Below, one piece after another: positions 47,726 through 60,754 of a stretch of DNA of 64,000 bases. A program made the translations under genes and the position numbers. Each line of letters opens with the position of its first letter. Positions within the stretch are counted from its first letter, which is position 1. Origin of the DNA: Macrostomum lignano (Eukaryota); contig NIVC01001592.1 of assembly GCA_002269645.1 (NCBI GenBank), positions 124,001-188,000 of the forward strand, read 5' to 3'. The notes beneath the pieces are model-generated. The model did not search any database and was not told where the DNA came from. It was given only the letters and a program-made list of their open reading frames with translations.

Positions 47726-50700
47726 CTACTTCAATGGAGTTTTTAACAGCGCTCTGAGGTAGGACCCAAGCGAGATGGCCTCGTCTGAGTCGTACATGCG
47801 CGGGAACTCCAGCTCCTGCAGGCCCGCTAGCCTTGTTCTCTCCTTTGTATCCTTGCGCAGGCAGCAGTCAACGAATTCGCAGAATTGCTCGCTGAAGGCG
47901 AAGCTGGGCAGCTTCGGCGGCTGCTGGTAGACAATGTAGGAAAGCAGCTCGAATATTGCCATCTGGGTGGGCCCGGTCTGCGAGTCGCTCATGCCTGGGA
48001 GCGGGCAATTTTTTAGGGGTAGAATTTGTATCGGCTGCATATCCTTGCATAAGAATGATGCACGTCAGCTCTTCCTTTAACACTTGCTCCCTCACCCACC
48101 TCACTCCCTCACCCGCCTCACTCCCTCACCCACCTCACTCCCTCACCCGCCTCACTCCCTCACCCACCTCACTCCCTCACCCACCCCACCATGCTTGGGT
48201 GCAACCTAGGGATTCACCCGGTCGTTTCTATTGGCAACACACACGTGTAAGTCGCTATTGGACGGAATAGTAGTCACGTGAATGCTCTCAGCCAATAGCG
48301 ACTTAAATGTGTGTGTTGCCAATAGAAACGGCCGAGTGATTCCCAAGGTTGCTCATGTATGCACCCCACTCTCCAATGTCTCAGCCCCTACCTTTAAGCG
48401 GTTTCCCTTGCACAGCGGCCTCCCGGTGGTCCAGCAGGTTCTGCTGGCGGTCGCTGCTGAAAACGCTGGTGTAATCCCGGCTGTCCGGCTCCGGGATCGG
48501 GTAGCGCCCGGTGGAAACTTCGATCAAGCTCAGGCCGAGAGACCAGATGTCTGACAGGATGGAATATTCCTCGCCGTTCAGCCGCTCGGGCGCCATGTAC
48601 GATCTGGTGCCAACGAAGCTGTCAGCCATGCTGTCAATCAGCTGGCCGGACACGCCGAAGTCGCACAGCTTGCACTCGCCATCGAGGTTTACCAGAATGT
48701 TGGACGGCTTCACGTCTCTGTAAATGGGGCAGCGGCGTACGGAGCTGCTTTGTTGGAGTTGAAACTCGGTTGATAAATCGTCCTAGGTCAGTTCCTCGTC
48801 CTACTTGATCCTAGGCTGTTGAATTCTCCCAGCACTCCTGTGCATCATCCGTATTTCACATTTTCATTAATTTTTCATTAATTCTACCAGTCTCCAGCTT
48901 CTCTAGTTGCTTCATCTGAAATATTTTTAACGGCCATCGCCCAATAGGAAATCCCAGATATCAACACTAATTAGGCATCACTCCGCCCACCTACCTGTGC
49001 AAGCAGTTGATCTGTCGCAGATAAACCAAACCTCGAAGCACGGACTGGGTGATCTTGGCCACAATCGGTTCGGGCAATCTGCCAGCCTGCTTGAGCACCA
49101 GATCCAGGGAGCCAGCGTTCATGTACTCCATGCAGATGCAGATGGTGGCGGAAGAGTCAGCTAGGAATGAGCCGAAGTAGCCAACAATGTAGGGACTTTT
49201 GCAGGAGTGCAGGACCTGGAATTTGGGATTGACCGTTTGAATTGGTAGGTTTACACTGAGATTGAGTAGCCACGACGGTTAGATGCAAGTCTTAGGTAGG
49301 ATTGGTAGGTTAGAGAGGGATTGGGTAGGTTAGAGGGATTGGATAGGTTAGAGAGGAATTGGGTAGGTTAGAGGGATTGGGTAGGTTAGAGAGGGATTGG
49401 GTAGGTTAGAGGGATTGGATAGGTTAGAGAGGAATTGGGTAGGTTAGAGGGATTGGGTAGGTTAGAGAGGGATTGGGTAGGTTAGAGGGATTGGGTAGGT
49501 TAGAGAGGAATTGGGTAGGTTAGACAAGGATTTGGATAGGTTAGAGATGGATTTGGGTAGGTAAGAGAGGGATTGGGTAGGTTAGAGATGGATATGGGTA
49601 GGTTAGAGACGGGTTTGGGTAAGTTAGAGACGGATTTGGGTAGGTTAGAGATGGATTTGGGTAGGTTAGAGATGGATTTGGGTAGGTTAGAGAGGGATTG
49701 GGTAGGTAAGATAGGGATTGGGTAGGTTAGAGAGGGATTGGGTAGGTTAGAGATGAATTGGGTAGGTTAGAGATGGATTGGGTAGGTTAAATACGGGTTT
49801 GGGTAGGTTAGATAGGGATTGGGTAGGTTAGACAGGGATTTGGGTAGGTTAGAGATGGATTTGGGTAGGTTAGAGAGGGATTGGGTAGGTTAGAGAGGGA
49901 TTGGGTAGGTTAGAGAGGGATTGGGTAGGTTAGAGATGGATTGGGTAGGTTAAAGACGGGTTTGGGTAGGTTAGAGGGATTGAGTAGATTAGAGATGGAT
50001 TTGGGTAGGTTAGAGACGGGTTTGGGTAAGTTAGAGACGGGTTTGGGTAAGTTAGAGACGGATTTGGGTAGGTTAGAGATGGATTTGGGTAGGTTAGAGA
50101 TGGGTTTGGGTGGGTTAGACATTGATTTGGGTAGGTTAGAGATTTGGGTAGGTTAGAGATGGGTTTGGGTGGGTTAGACATTGATTTGGGTAGGTTAGAG
50201 ATTTGGGTAGGTTAGAGATGGGTTTGGGTGGGTTAGACATTGATTTGGGTAGGTTGGTCTCACTGCTCAATTCTTCAATGCTCGGTATCAATGCTCAGTA
50301 CTCAATGCTTAATGCTCAGTTCTCATTTCTAAATGCTCAGTGCTTAATGCTCAGTGCTCAATGCTCAATGCTCAGTGCTCAATGCTCAATGCTCGGTGCT
50401 CAATGCTCAGTGCTCAATGCCAATGCTCAGTGCTCAGTGCTCAATGCCAATGCTCAGTGCTCAATGCTCAATGCTCAGTGCTAAATGCTCAATGCTCGGT
50501 GCTCAATGCTCAGTGCTCAATGCCAATGCTCATTGCTCACCTCCAGCTCGCGAATGATCTGCGATCGCACAGTAGGTTTGATCTCCAAATAAATGAGCTT
50601 TCTGGCCATCACTTGGCCCGTGGGCTGGTGCAGCACTCGTTGCACCACGCCGGAGGAGCCGCTGCCCAATTCGACTATGTCGGTGAAATCGTCGTTTCGC

Positions 50701-50990
50701 AGCTCGGCAATTGCGCGCTTTCGCTGCACAAACTCGAGCAGCTTCTTTCGCTGGCTGGCGTCTAGCTCGGCGCCATCGTCGTTGAGCTTCGCGCTGGCGT
50801 CTATCGACTCCGACGCCGCTGCGCCCGAAGCGAATGCGCCCGACGACGACGTGATCGTTGAGGCGGCTGAATCTGACGGTCCCGAGGATGAGCTGGGCGA
50901 CGGCGTTGCTATGGTTACCGTAGCGGTCAGGGTCAGGTTGACCGGCTTCTTCCTGCCCGTTGGCGGGGCCGCCGGTTGGTCTGATGACAT
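47726..50990 (-). CDS. MAP2K1: MAP kinase kinase MEK1/2; exons 50541-50990, 48995-49215, 48392-48717, 47726-47994
   Basis: D-site [89 protein letters not shown]. Junction phases (0, 2, 1) are consistent. Confidence 0.96.
49290..50535. repeat. MEK intron 1: G-rich GGGTAGGTTAGAGAGGGATT array (49290-50255) plus TGCTCA(A/G) heptamer array (50265-50535)
   Basis: Two adjacent arrays. A smaller 17-bp array lies at 48085-48190 in intron 3. Confidence 0.94.
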
Positions 50991-51179
50991 CGGGACTGCG
51001 TCTGGCTGTGTCCGCTTCCTGGGATTGGCAAGGATTCGGAATGCAAGCTGAAGCTGTTTATTGGCTTATGAATCGATTGAACTTGATCTGGGCTTCAACT
51101 GCAACGGCGGTTCAGGGGCGGAGAAATTGGTCGGGACCAGCTGGGGTGGAGGAACTGGGCGGACCATGAGGGAGGCGGA

Positions 51180-51785
51180 AAAAGAGCAGATCGGGAGCGG
51201 AAAAGAACGGCGGACCACCAGGGGGGGGGGGGAGAACAGGGCGGACCAGGGAGCGGAAAAGAACAGGGCGGACTACCAGGGGGGGGGGAACAGGGCGGAC
51301 CAGGGAGCGGAAAAGAACGGCGGACTACCAGGGGCCAGGGGGGGGGAACAGGGCGGACCACCAGGGAGCGGAAAAGAACAGGGCGGACTACCAGGGGGGG
51401 GGGAGAACAGGGCGGACCGGGGGCAACCGGAAAAGAACAGGGCGGACCATCAAGGGGGGGGAGAACAGGGCGGACCGGGGAGCGGAAAAAGAGCAGACGA
51501 AGAGCGGAAAAGAGCAGGGCGGACCGGGGAGCGGAAAAAGAGCAGACGAAGAGCGGAAAAGAGCAGGGCGGACCGGGGAGCGGAAAAAGAGCAGACGAAG
51601 AGCGGAAAAGAACAGGGCGGACCAGGGAGCGGAAAAGAACAGGGCGGACTACCAGGGGGAGGAGAGAACAGGGCGGACCAGGGAGCGGAAAAGTACAGGG
51701 CGGACTTCCAGGGGGGGGGGGAGAAAAGGGCGCACCGGGGAGCGAAAAGAGCAGACGAAGAGCGGAAAAGAACAGGGCGGACCAC
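51180..51785. repeat. Compound G/A-rich tandem repeat upstream of MEK
   Basis: GAGCGGAAAAGAACAGGGCGGAC modules with variable G-runs. Confidence 0.9.
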
Positions 51786-53794
51786 TGGAGACTTAAACTG
51801 GAACTTAAAACCATACCCGATCTGCCATCAGCAGTATAGCTCGAAGCAATAGCAAGGACATAGTCAAGCTTGTACATGAAGTGTCAGTGAGGGCAACTGA
51901 CGAAGATTTGAAACAGTAGGAAAAAACGAATATCTTTCTTTCGGCAGGCTTATCTTATCTCCGTCTGTAGTCGGGTTTGAGTTTTTCTTTAATTTAATAC
52001 ACCCATGTTTACGACTCCGTGCTATCGGATCGTTATTTTATAAATATAATGTAATATAATGTTCTAAAAAATTTGAAATATATATTCAGAAAACAGAAAT
52101 GAGTTAATTAATGACTCGGGTTCCAGCTTGCTAGCTATATAGCTCAGTAAAGTAGGCCTTTTTAACGCTTTAAAAATAATCAATAAAACGATGGATGGAA
52201 GTAACAATTATAACAAACAATCAGGGCTAACACAAGCCGCATGTACGTACGGGGTACGGCCAAGCAGTTGAATAATTGCCTTAATTAGCCACATTTAAAA
52301 GGGTGCGAGTTTTTTCTGGCGTGATTCGTACACACACAGTCACAGCCACAGGTAAAGTTTTAGATTAAAAAATCTGTGTCAAATGCGAGAAGTTGGTTAA
52401 TGGTTTTGTTTGTATGCGTCATAATAACAGAACCAATTTCAATTTGAATACTAGCGCTAAGTAAGTTCTGGTCAATCAAGACGCACTCCTTTTTAACTGC
52501 TGGCCCAATGCCAAAACGATGCGACAACGAATGCCAATTTAACAGACAAACAAAATTTACTTACAGCAACACGCTTATTGATTGGCGCAAATAATAGAAC
52601 TGATTTAATAAAAAGCCTTCTCGAAGCTTGTTGTTTTAATACAAGAATTTCTGCACCAGAGTTGTTTAGTCAATCTTAAGCGGTCAATTATTCGATACAA
52701 ACATTGCTTCTTAATTCCGTCTGTCTATCTTTGTTTGTTGCTCGGTTTGCTTTTATTTTGTCGAGTACGGATCGGGCCAGTGTTGAGAGCTATCTTCTTC
52801 TGTCTCTCGTCCGCTCCTCGTCTCTCCTGTCCTGCCGTGCACTGGCCTCTCAGTCTGTTACTTTCAAGTCGAGACCAAAAAGCGACCGGGCGGCTCGTAA
52901 ATGTAAGAATAAGTTCTGTCTGTCTCAACTAGAGGGGGTGGGTGGGACGGCCTGCTGGGGCTGGCGAAAGAAAATACGGAGAGCAGAGACAGAAAAAAGG
53001 AGGGGCGGCTGGTTCGTGATTAATTGTAATTTTTAGAGGCGCAGCGGGGCCTGGACACGGAAAGAAAACGAGAAAAGAGAAGACAGGAGAGAAAGGTAGG
53101 GAGGTAAAAAGAAGTCCAAGCCTAACCGAACAACTGCGCGCGCGCGTATTTGACGGCAGAGGGGCAGGAAAAGAATTAGAGGCCCGAAGCCAATGAAAAT
53201 CGTCCCTGACCAGAAGTTCAGAACAGACTGGCGAGGACTGCGCGGGCAGAAGGGGGAAGAGAGGAAGGAGTCCTGGCGCACTCTACTTTCCTAACCCGCC
53301 TCCCCTCCACTCCAGAGCGGGGCAGAGAATTTGGCGGCTGGAACGCCCAGGGTCAGAGAGTGAGGAGAGGGCCATACTAACTAACTAACACACGCTGGCA
53401 TGCCCATTACACATCCAGGGTCCGAGCCGACGCGGCCTACCCTGGATTATTTCATATGCTCCCCCACACAGCCCGCCTTCGCTCAATTCACTCTCGTCGC
53501 TCAGCTTAAAGTGCAACTAAGGCCGCAAGGGACGGCGACCCGACCCGAGACTGCCGGTTCATCCAGGGTTGGCCCCGTTTCCAGGGTTCGATCACATCCT
53601 CCACCTCCAATAAACTAATGTCAATAGGAAAATGAAGGTTAAGTGGCGATGACGCCCGAAAACAGTGAGCCTTACTACAGGCCCCACAATCATAGATATT
53701 TCAATAGTAATATTATTCCCGGTAATAGATCAGTGCCGAAATAATCGACCCAGAAATTCCAATAAAACTTTAATTAGAATCTATCTTACAAGTG

Positions 53795-54119
53795 CAGTGG
53801 CGGCGCAGAGGGGGCAGGGGGGCAGCTGCCCCCGGGTGACCACAGGTCACTGCCTCAAGGGGGTGACCACCCCATCCCCACGGCCCTCAAAAAGACCCAA
53901 GGAAGGGAGGGCAGATAGTCACCCCCTGCTATGCAACTTGCATCAATGATAAAAAATGCATTTTTATAAGAAATTTCGTGTTGTTCATTCATTTTGTAAG
54001 AAGTGTGTCATAATTTGTTCGTAATTTTTTACTTTCTTAGAAGGGGGTTACCACCTAAGGGGAAGGGGGGTGACCACCTAACTACTGCCCCCCTAATCAG
54101 AGATACTGCGCAGCCACTG
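53795..54119. mobile_element. Probable hAT-like MITE
   Basis: TIR CAGTGGCGGCGCAG vs rc CAGTGGCTGCGCAG (13/14), internal GGGTGACCACC repeats. TSD not matching. Confidence 0.55.
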
Positions 54120-54895
54120 TGTACCAATTCAGCAAACTACTGTACTTACCTACGGGCCATCGCCATGACCATTAACTCAATTAATTTTGCCTACACTGTA
54201 CATAACCGCTTGTACTACCTTTCCCAAAAGTTCAGCAGCTTTATTACTCTTCGATAGGTTAAGCGACCCATGACTTACGTGAGTGACGTCCCTCAAATCA
54301 GCGTGACCTCCCTCGATCATATCTATGTGACCTTCCTCCGATCAGTGTGACCTCCCTCAGGTTAATGCAATCTTCCTCAGATTGATGTAATCGCCTTCAA
54401 ATCAACGTGACCTTCCTAAGATCAACATGACCTCCACCTCCCCGGGATCAATGTGACCTCCTGATCAATAATAATCCTTGTCGCAAATGTTGGTGTTTTC
54501 AATCAACTTTATGAACACAAAGATAAAGCACTATAAAAGCAATATTTATTAGTTTGTACTTGATCAATAAAAAATCATAGTAAGAGCTGACCAAAAAAAT
54601 TGCTTAACAAAGCAGAGTGTAGCAAAAACAGTGAAGCGCAGTTGAGCATTCATTGAATTCAGTGGATAAATTTGAGCAGCTAGTCCAAAAAGCGGCTAGG
54701 AAAAGATAATAAAAATATCGTATAAAAATTAGAGAGAATAAAAACAACAAAAAGTGAGAAAAGTTGCAAAAAAACTGATTTTACGAGCAATTTAGCGAAA
54801 GAATTTAGGAATGAACAAAACATAAGCAATTTAGTCTGTCATGCTTTTATTTTCGATCTCGTCCGCCACGGCTTCAGAGATCCATCGCACATCGG

Positions 54896-57800
54896 TCACC
54901 ACTGCTGGGCGTAGTTGATCGACTGGAAATGAAAATTTAATAACTATTTGCATAAAAGCCTATGTTTCTACTTTTAGTAGCACAGTTTGCCACTTCTCTG
55001 TGCTGAGGTGATTCTGCCCATTTCGCTGATCCTGAGCACATACAAGCGCACCAGTACTGTACACAGGCACGCACTCATACACAGAGGCCCTGACCGTCGG
55101 GCATGTGTACACTCTATTCCTTGGGGGTTGTTCAAGTTTCCTGCACGAGTCTCAAATTAATGTAGCCGTGCACAGAATCGAACCTCGAACCTTAGTCGTG
55201 GCGCGAGAGTCAGCTGCGTTTACCGCATGAGCCGATCGTCCGGACCCAAATAGTGAGGACCCTACGCTTGCGATCAGAAAACACATTTAAGACGACCAAT
55301 TAGTAGTACAAGCAGAACCTATTAAGTAGTATAATTCAGCAACCCACCGTGAAGCGGCGCGGCAGCTTAGCCGAAGACTCGGTAGTCGCGTCGGCGCCAC
55401 TGGCGGTGGCGGCAGCGTCGGCCGTCAGCTCGGCGTGTCGCCTGGTCGCCGCGTCTAAAGCCTGCTGTTGGGCGCGCAACTCGCTGTCCAAGGTGCCCTT
55501 CATTGACGGGTCCGAGCCGGCGGCCTGATCAAATAGATGTATATGAATAGCAAGTTTGACTCAGCAATGCTAGCTATCTAGCTGTATAATGTGGATAAAT
55601 TGACCAGGCAAATGTTGACAAAATCAAATGTTACAGCCTGGGATCTGGGAGGATGGCCCAGCAACTGAGGATCTGGGAGGATGGCCCAGCAACTGAGGAT
55701 CTGGGAGGCTGACCCAGCAACTGAGGATCTGGGAGGCTGACCCAGCAACTGAGGATCTGGGAGACTGGCCCAGCAACTGAGGATCTGGGAGGCTGACCCA
55801 GCAACTGAGGATCTGGGAGGCTGACCCAGCAACTGAGGATCTGGGAGGCTGGCCCAGCAACTGAGGATCTGGGAGGCTGGCCCAGCAACTGACACTCTGG
55901 GAGGCTGACCCAGCAACTGAGGATCTGGGAGGCTGACCCAGCAACTGACACTCTGGGAGGCTGACCCAGCAACTGAGGATCTGGGAGGCTGACCCAGCAA
56001 TGGATGATCTGGGAGACAATCAGAAAAATCGACCAGACCGAACGCACCTGAATTTGCTGCTGCGCAAAGGCCCGACGCTGGAACTGACGCTCCCGCCGCA
56101 GCGCCTCCCAGTGTTGCTGATTGGCCGACATCCGCAACATAAATTGCAGGGGTGTTTGGTCATCCTGCAGTCTGCAATCTCACCGGTTCCCCCACACTGC
56201 CACCTCACCTGTTCCCCCACACTGCCATCTCACCTGTTCCCCAACACTGCCACCTCACCGGTTCCCCCACACTGCCATCTCACCTGTTCCCCCACACTGC
56301 CATCTCACCTGTTCCCCCACACTGCCATCTCACCGGTTCCCCCACACTGCCATCTCACCGGTTCCCCACACTGCCATCTCACCGGTTCCCCACACCGCCA
56401 TCTCACCTGTTCCCCCACACTGCCATCTCACCTGTTCCCCAACACTGCCACCTCACCTGTTCCCCCACACTGCCACCTCACCGGCTCCCCCCACACTGCC
56501 ATCCCACCTGTTCCCCAACACTGCCATCTCACCAGTTCCCCCACACTGCCATCTCACCGGTTCCCCACACTGCCATCTCACCGGTTCCCCCACACTGCCA
56601 TCTCACCTGTTCCTCCACACTGCCATCTCACCTGTTCCCCCACACTGCCATCTCACCGGTTCCCCACACTGCCATCTCACCGGCTCCCCCACACTGCCAT
56701 CTCACCTGTTCCCCCACACTGCCATCTCACCTGTTCCCCCACACTGCCATCTCACCGGTTCCCCCACACTGCCATCTCACCGGTTCCCCCACACTGCCAT
56801 CTCACCGGTTCCCCCACACTGCCATCTCACCTGTTCCCCCACACTGCCATCTCACCGGTTCCCCCACACTGCCATCTCACTGGTTCCCCCACACTGCCAT
56901 CTCACCTGTTCCCCCACACTGCCATCTCACCGGTTCCCCCACACTGCCATCTCACCTGTTCCCCCACACTGCCATCTCACCTGTTCCCCCACACTGCCAT
57001 CTCACCTGTTCCCCCACACTGCCATCTCACCGGTTCCCCCACACTGCCATCTCACCGGTTCCCCCACACTGCCATCTCACCTGTTCCCCCACACTGCCAC
57101 TTCACATGTTCCACATACTACCATCTAGATACAGCTGACTTAGAATTTAATTTATAAAAAGAAATTTGTTTCTAAAAAGAGGTTTCAAAGCAAATTCCAT
57201 TTAAATATAGTGGTTCAATTGCACACATTATTATTTAGAAATTGTTTGTATTAAATACAGATTGAAAAAAAAGAATCCAGTTTTTCATATGAGATATTTA
57301 CTTATTTATAGTTTCACATTATGGTCTACACTCTACAGAGTCAGAAATTAAGACAAGAAACCTACAAGCAAACATAAAAGCAAAGTAGACAGGCATATTC
57401 ACAGCTTAGAATTCAAACAGAGAAGCTTAAAGGGTACCGAAAGATATCGGAGTGGGGTAGCAGCATACCGAGGGATATTGGAGTGGGGTAGCAGCACACA
57501 GAGGGATAGAGGTTGGCTGGTTGGGGGTAGCAGCACACAGAGGGATAGAGGTTGGGGGTGGCAGCACACAGAGGGATAGAGGTTGGGGGTAGCAGCACAC
57601 AGAGGGATAGAGGTTGGGGGTAGCAGCACACAGAGGGATAGAGGTTGGGGGTAGCAGCACACAGAGGGATAGAGGTTGGGGTAGCAGCACACAGAGGGAT
57701 AGAGGTTGGGGGTAGCAGCACACAGGGGGATATTGGAGTGGGGTAGCAGCACACAGAGGGATATTGGAGTGGGGTAGCAGCACACAGAGGGATATTGGAG

Positions 57801-60706
57801 TGGGGTAGCAGCACACAGAGGGATATTGTAGTGGGGTAGCAGCACACAGAGGGATATTGGAGTGGGGTAGCAGCACACAGAGGGATATTGGAGTGGGGTA
57901 GCAGCACACAGAGGGATATTGTAGTGGGGTAGCAGCACACAGAGGGATATTGGAGTGGGGTAGCAGCACACAGAGGGATATTGGAGTGGGGTAGCAGCAC
58001 ACAGAGGGATATTGGAGTGGGGTAGCAGCACACAGAGGGATATTGGAGTGGGGTAGCAGCACACAGAGGGATAGAGGTTGGGGGTAGCAGAACACAGAGG
58101 AATAGAGATGGGATGGCAGCACACAGAAATTGCCCGTGCATCGCGGCAAAATTATGAGTAAAAGTACAAATCAATGCACACAGCCTCAAAGCATCGCAGC
58201 TCACAACAATCGGTAAACAACAGATAGCATTAGCAGAGAAGTCGCACGACACTAAATTACTGTAGAAAGATTCACACTCGAACTACAGCAACAATGACAA
58301 CTCCTGCAGCATTAACAACAGGAGTTAAAAGCAAATAACCAATATGCTAATACGGTATTTACACTACCACAACAACGACACCAATAAAAACTGTTCTTTT
58401 GATCATTGGTAACTGTTAGAAAAAAAAAACTAGAAGAAATTATGAGTAGTAACTACCGGTACATAAAATAATTCTGACATACCTGCAAATAACAGTTACT
58501 AAACATTTCCAAAATTTCGATAATAATATTAGAATTGGGATCTAAAAAAAGAACTTGGAGTCAGAATAGCTAGAAATTACCTGGAGATATGGGATCAGAC
58601 TATCGGGGGATATGGGATCAGACTATCGGGGGATATGGGATCAGACTATCGGGGGATATGGGATCAGACTATCGGGGGATATGAGATCAGACTATTTCGG
58701 GATATGGGATCAGAATCAGACTATCGGGGGATATGGGATCAGACTACCAGGGGATATGGGATCAGAATATTTCGGGATATGGGATCAGACTATCGGGGGA
58801 TATGGGATCAGACTATTAGGGGATTAGAGATCAGACTTTTTGGGGGTATGGGATCAGACTATTGGGGGATTAGAGATCAGACTTTTTGGGGATATGGGAT
58901 CAGACTATTAGGGGATTAGAGATCAGACTTTTTGGGGATTTGGGATCAGACTATCAGGGGATATGGGATCAGACTACTAGGGGATTTGGGATCAGACTAC
59001 TAGGGGATTTGGGATCAGACTATCAGGGGATATGGGATCTAGGAGATATGAGATCAGACTATTAAGGGATATGGGATCAGACTATTAAGGGATATGGGAT
59101 CAGACTATTTGAGGATATGGGATCAGAAGTATCTGTGGGGCTCGCTGACGGGAAGGCCGAGCGCCAGCACGTGCTGTAGAACTTCATTAGCCAGCGGCGG
59201 CAGTGGCCGGCCCTCCAGGTTAAGTGTCCGGTCCATGTAGCCGAGAGCGAGCAGCTGGGCTGCCATCAAGTCGTTGTGCAGCTGCAGCAGGACACCCAGG
59301 CGCACTCCGCCGCGACAGGCCTGACGGAGCCTGCGAAGGTACCCCAGCTGCAGCTCTTCAATGGCGGCCTGATTGGCCCAATCAAAGTAGCAGCTGCTCT
59401 CCAGGAACAAAACATAGCTTAAGAGATTTGTCTCCAGCGGGGTCACGTTGAGCTGCGTGTAGCGCTGGCAGATTGTGCGCACCCGGGGGTCAATGCGGGG
59501 CAGGCGGAAGCTGTTCGCCTGGGTTGATGGGTTGACAAGGTTGATAGATTTGTTGATAGATTGACACGATTGATAGATTTGATTGATAGATTGACACGAT
59601 TGATAGACTTGATTGATAGGTTGACAAGGTTGATAGATTTGATTGATAGGTTGACAAGGTTGACAATTTTGATTGATAGGTTGACAAGGTTGATAGACAT
59701 GATTGATAGGTTGACAAGGTTGACAGATTTGATTGATAGTTGTCAGAATTCACAGATTTGATTGATAGTTGTCAGAATTCACAGATTTGATTGATAGTTG
59801 TCAGAATTCACAGATTTGATTGATAGGTTGACAAGGTTGATAGATTTGATTAGCTGACAAATTTGATAAGATTACAAGGTACCAAAATTGACAGGTTGAC
59901 GATATGATCGAAAAGCTGATAGATAAAAATATTGAATGCAATTAGCTTACCTGCTCTTCGCTCAGCTGGAAATTGCTACAAAAGTGCAGCGTGTCCGTGT
60001 ACGGATGCGAACTGCGGGCCATCCCCAGTATCATCACCACCATCCAGCGGCGCTGTATCAGGGCCACTCGGTCCTGCATGATCAGCTGATTGAAGCCAGA
60101 CACTCGCTTGGCCCAGACAATCAGAGAGCTTAAAAATCCGTCGCAGGCCAGAGTGACGGACCGGATGACCCGCTCCTCCAATGGCAGTCCGTCCAGGCCG
60201 GACTGATCAATGGTGAACTGCTCAATCTCGACCAGATCGGCCTCAACTGCAGAGACCGCGGCTTCCACAGACGGAGTGGCGGCGGCTGCGGCAGCGACGG
60301 TGGCGGTCGATGAGGCCAAAGACGATGCCTGATCCTGATCGTCGTTGACACAGTCGCTCAACGACCTAACCAGCTGGGGCCGCATCCCGACGCGAAGGCA
60401 TTTCCTGAATCGGCAGTAGCCGCAGGCGCGGGTCCGCTCGGACACGAGAGCGCAGTGGCGGGCCAGCCGCATGCAGGCGTAGGCCAGCGAGTGTTGCACT
60501 GTGCGCTTGAAAAACGACTTGCAGGCGTGGCAGGTCACCGCGCCGTAATGGCAGCCCGCTGGCCTGTCGCAGCCGCACACGGAGCAGACTGAGCCTGCCT
60601 CCCCCTGCGGCTGCTGTTGCTGAGCATCCGCCAGCTCACTCAGCTCAGACTGCTGGCGCTTCTGAAGCCGCCAGGCTTGCTGCTTTGATTCGCGTTGCTT
60701 TGGCAT
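54896..60706 (-). CDS. Nuclear hormone receptor, divergent NR3/ERR-like; exons 59951-60706 and 59150-59518 (or to the stop at 59123), plus probable 3' exons 56048-56164, 55348-55524, 54896-54922
   Basis: C4 DBD (CSVC...HYGAVTCHACKSFFKRT...CRFRKCLRVGM). LBD signature IVWAKRVSGFNQLIMQDRVALIQRRWMVVMILG, and HPYTDTLHF similar to ERR helix 5-6 region. Helix-12-like PLPPLANEVL. The 3' exons are inferred from phase-0 GT-AG chaining only. Confidence 0.8.
54970..55240 (-). mobile_element. tRNA-derived SINE
   Basis: A-box-like CGGCTCATGCGG (55223-55234 rc) and B-box GGTTCGATTC (55175-55184 rc). Body resembles the 16780-16990 repeat. Confidence 0.65.
55630..56000 (-). repeat. 28-bp minisatellite family X, copy 2
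   Basis: Reverse complement of the 5960-6955 unit. Confidence 0.93.
56175..59125. repeat. Three distinct minisatellites: 25-bp (56175-57110), 31-bp (57445-58115), 23-bp (58585-59125)
   Basis: TCACCTGTTCCCCCACACTGCCATC; GGGGTAGCAGCACACAGAGGGATATTGGAGT; GATATGGGATCAGACTATCGGGG. Confidence 0.94.
59525..59850. repeat. ~30-bp minisatellite in the nuclear receptor intron
   Basis: TTGATTGATAGGTTGACAAGGTTGATAGAT repeats. Confidence 0.9.
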
Positions 60707-60754
60707 GGGAAAAACAATAGTTAGGATAGTGCGATTGCAGCGCTTGACTGGCAA

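Noticed and set aside
49290-50255. Interstitial telomere
   Set aside because: No true (TTAGGG)n run. It is only a G-rich unit with a partial resemblance.
52700-53690. Possible solo LTR or promoter-like segment with a polypurine tract at ~52990
   Set aside because: No TG..CA ends with TSD and no second copy in the window. Cannot be supported.
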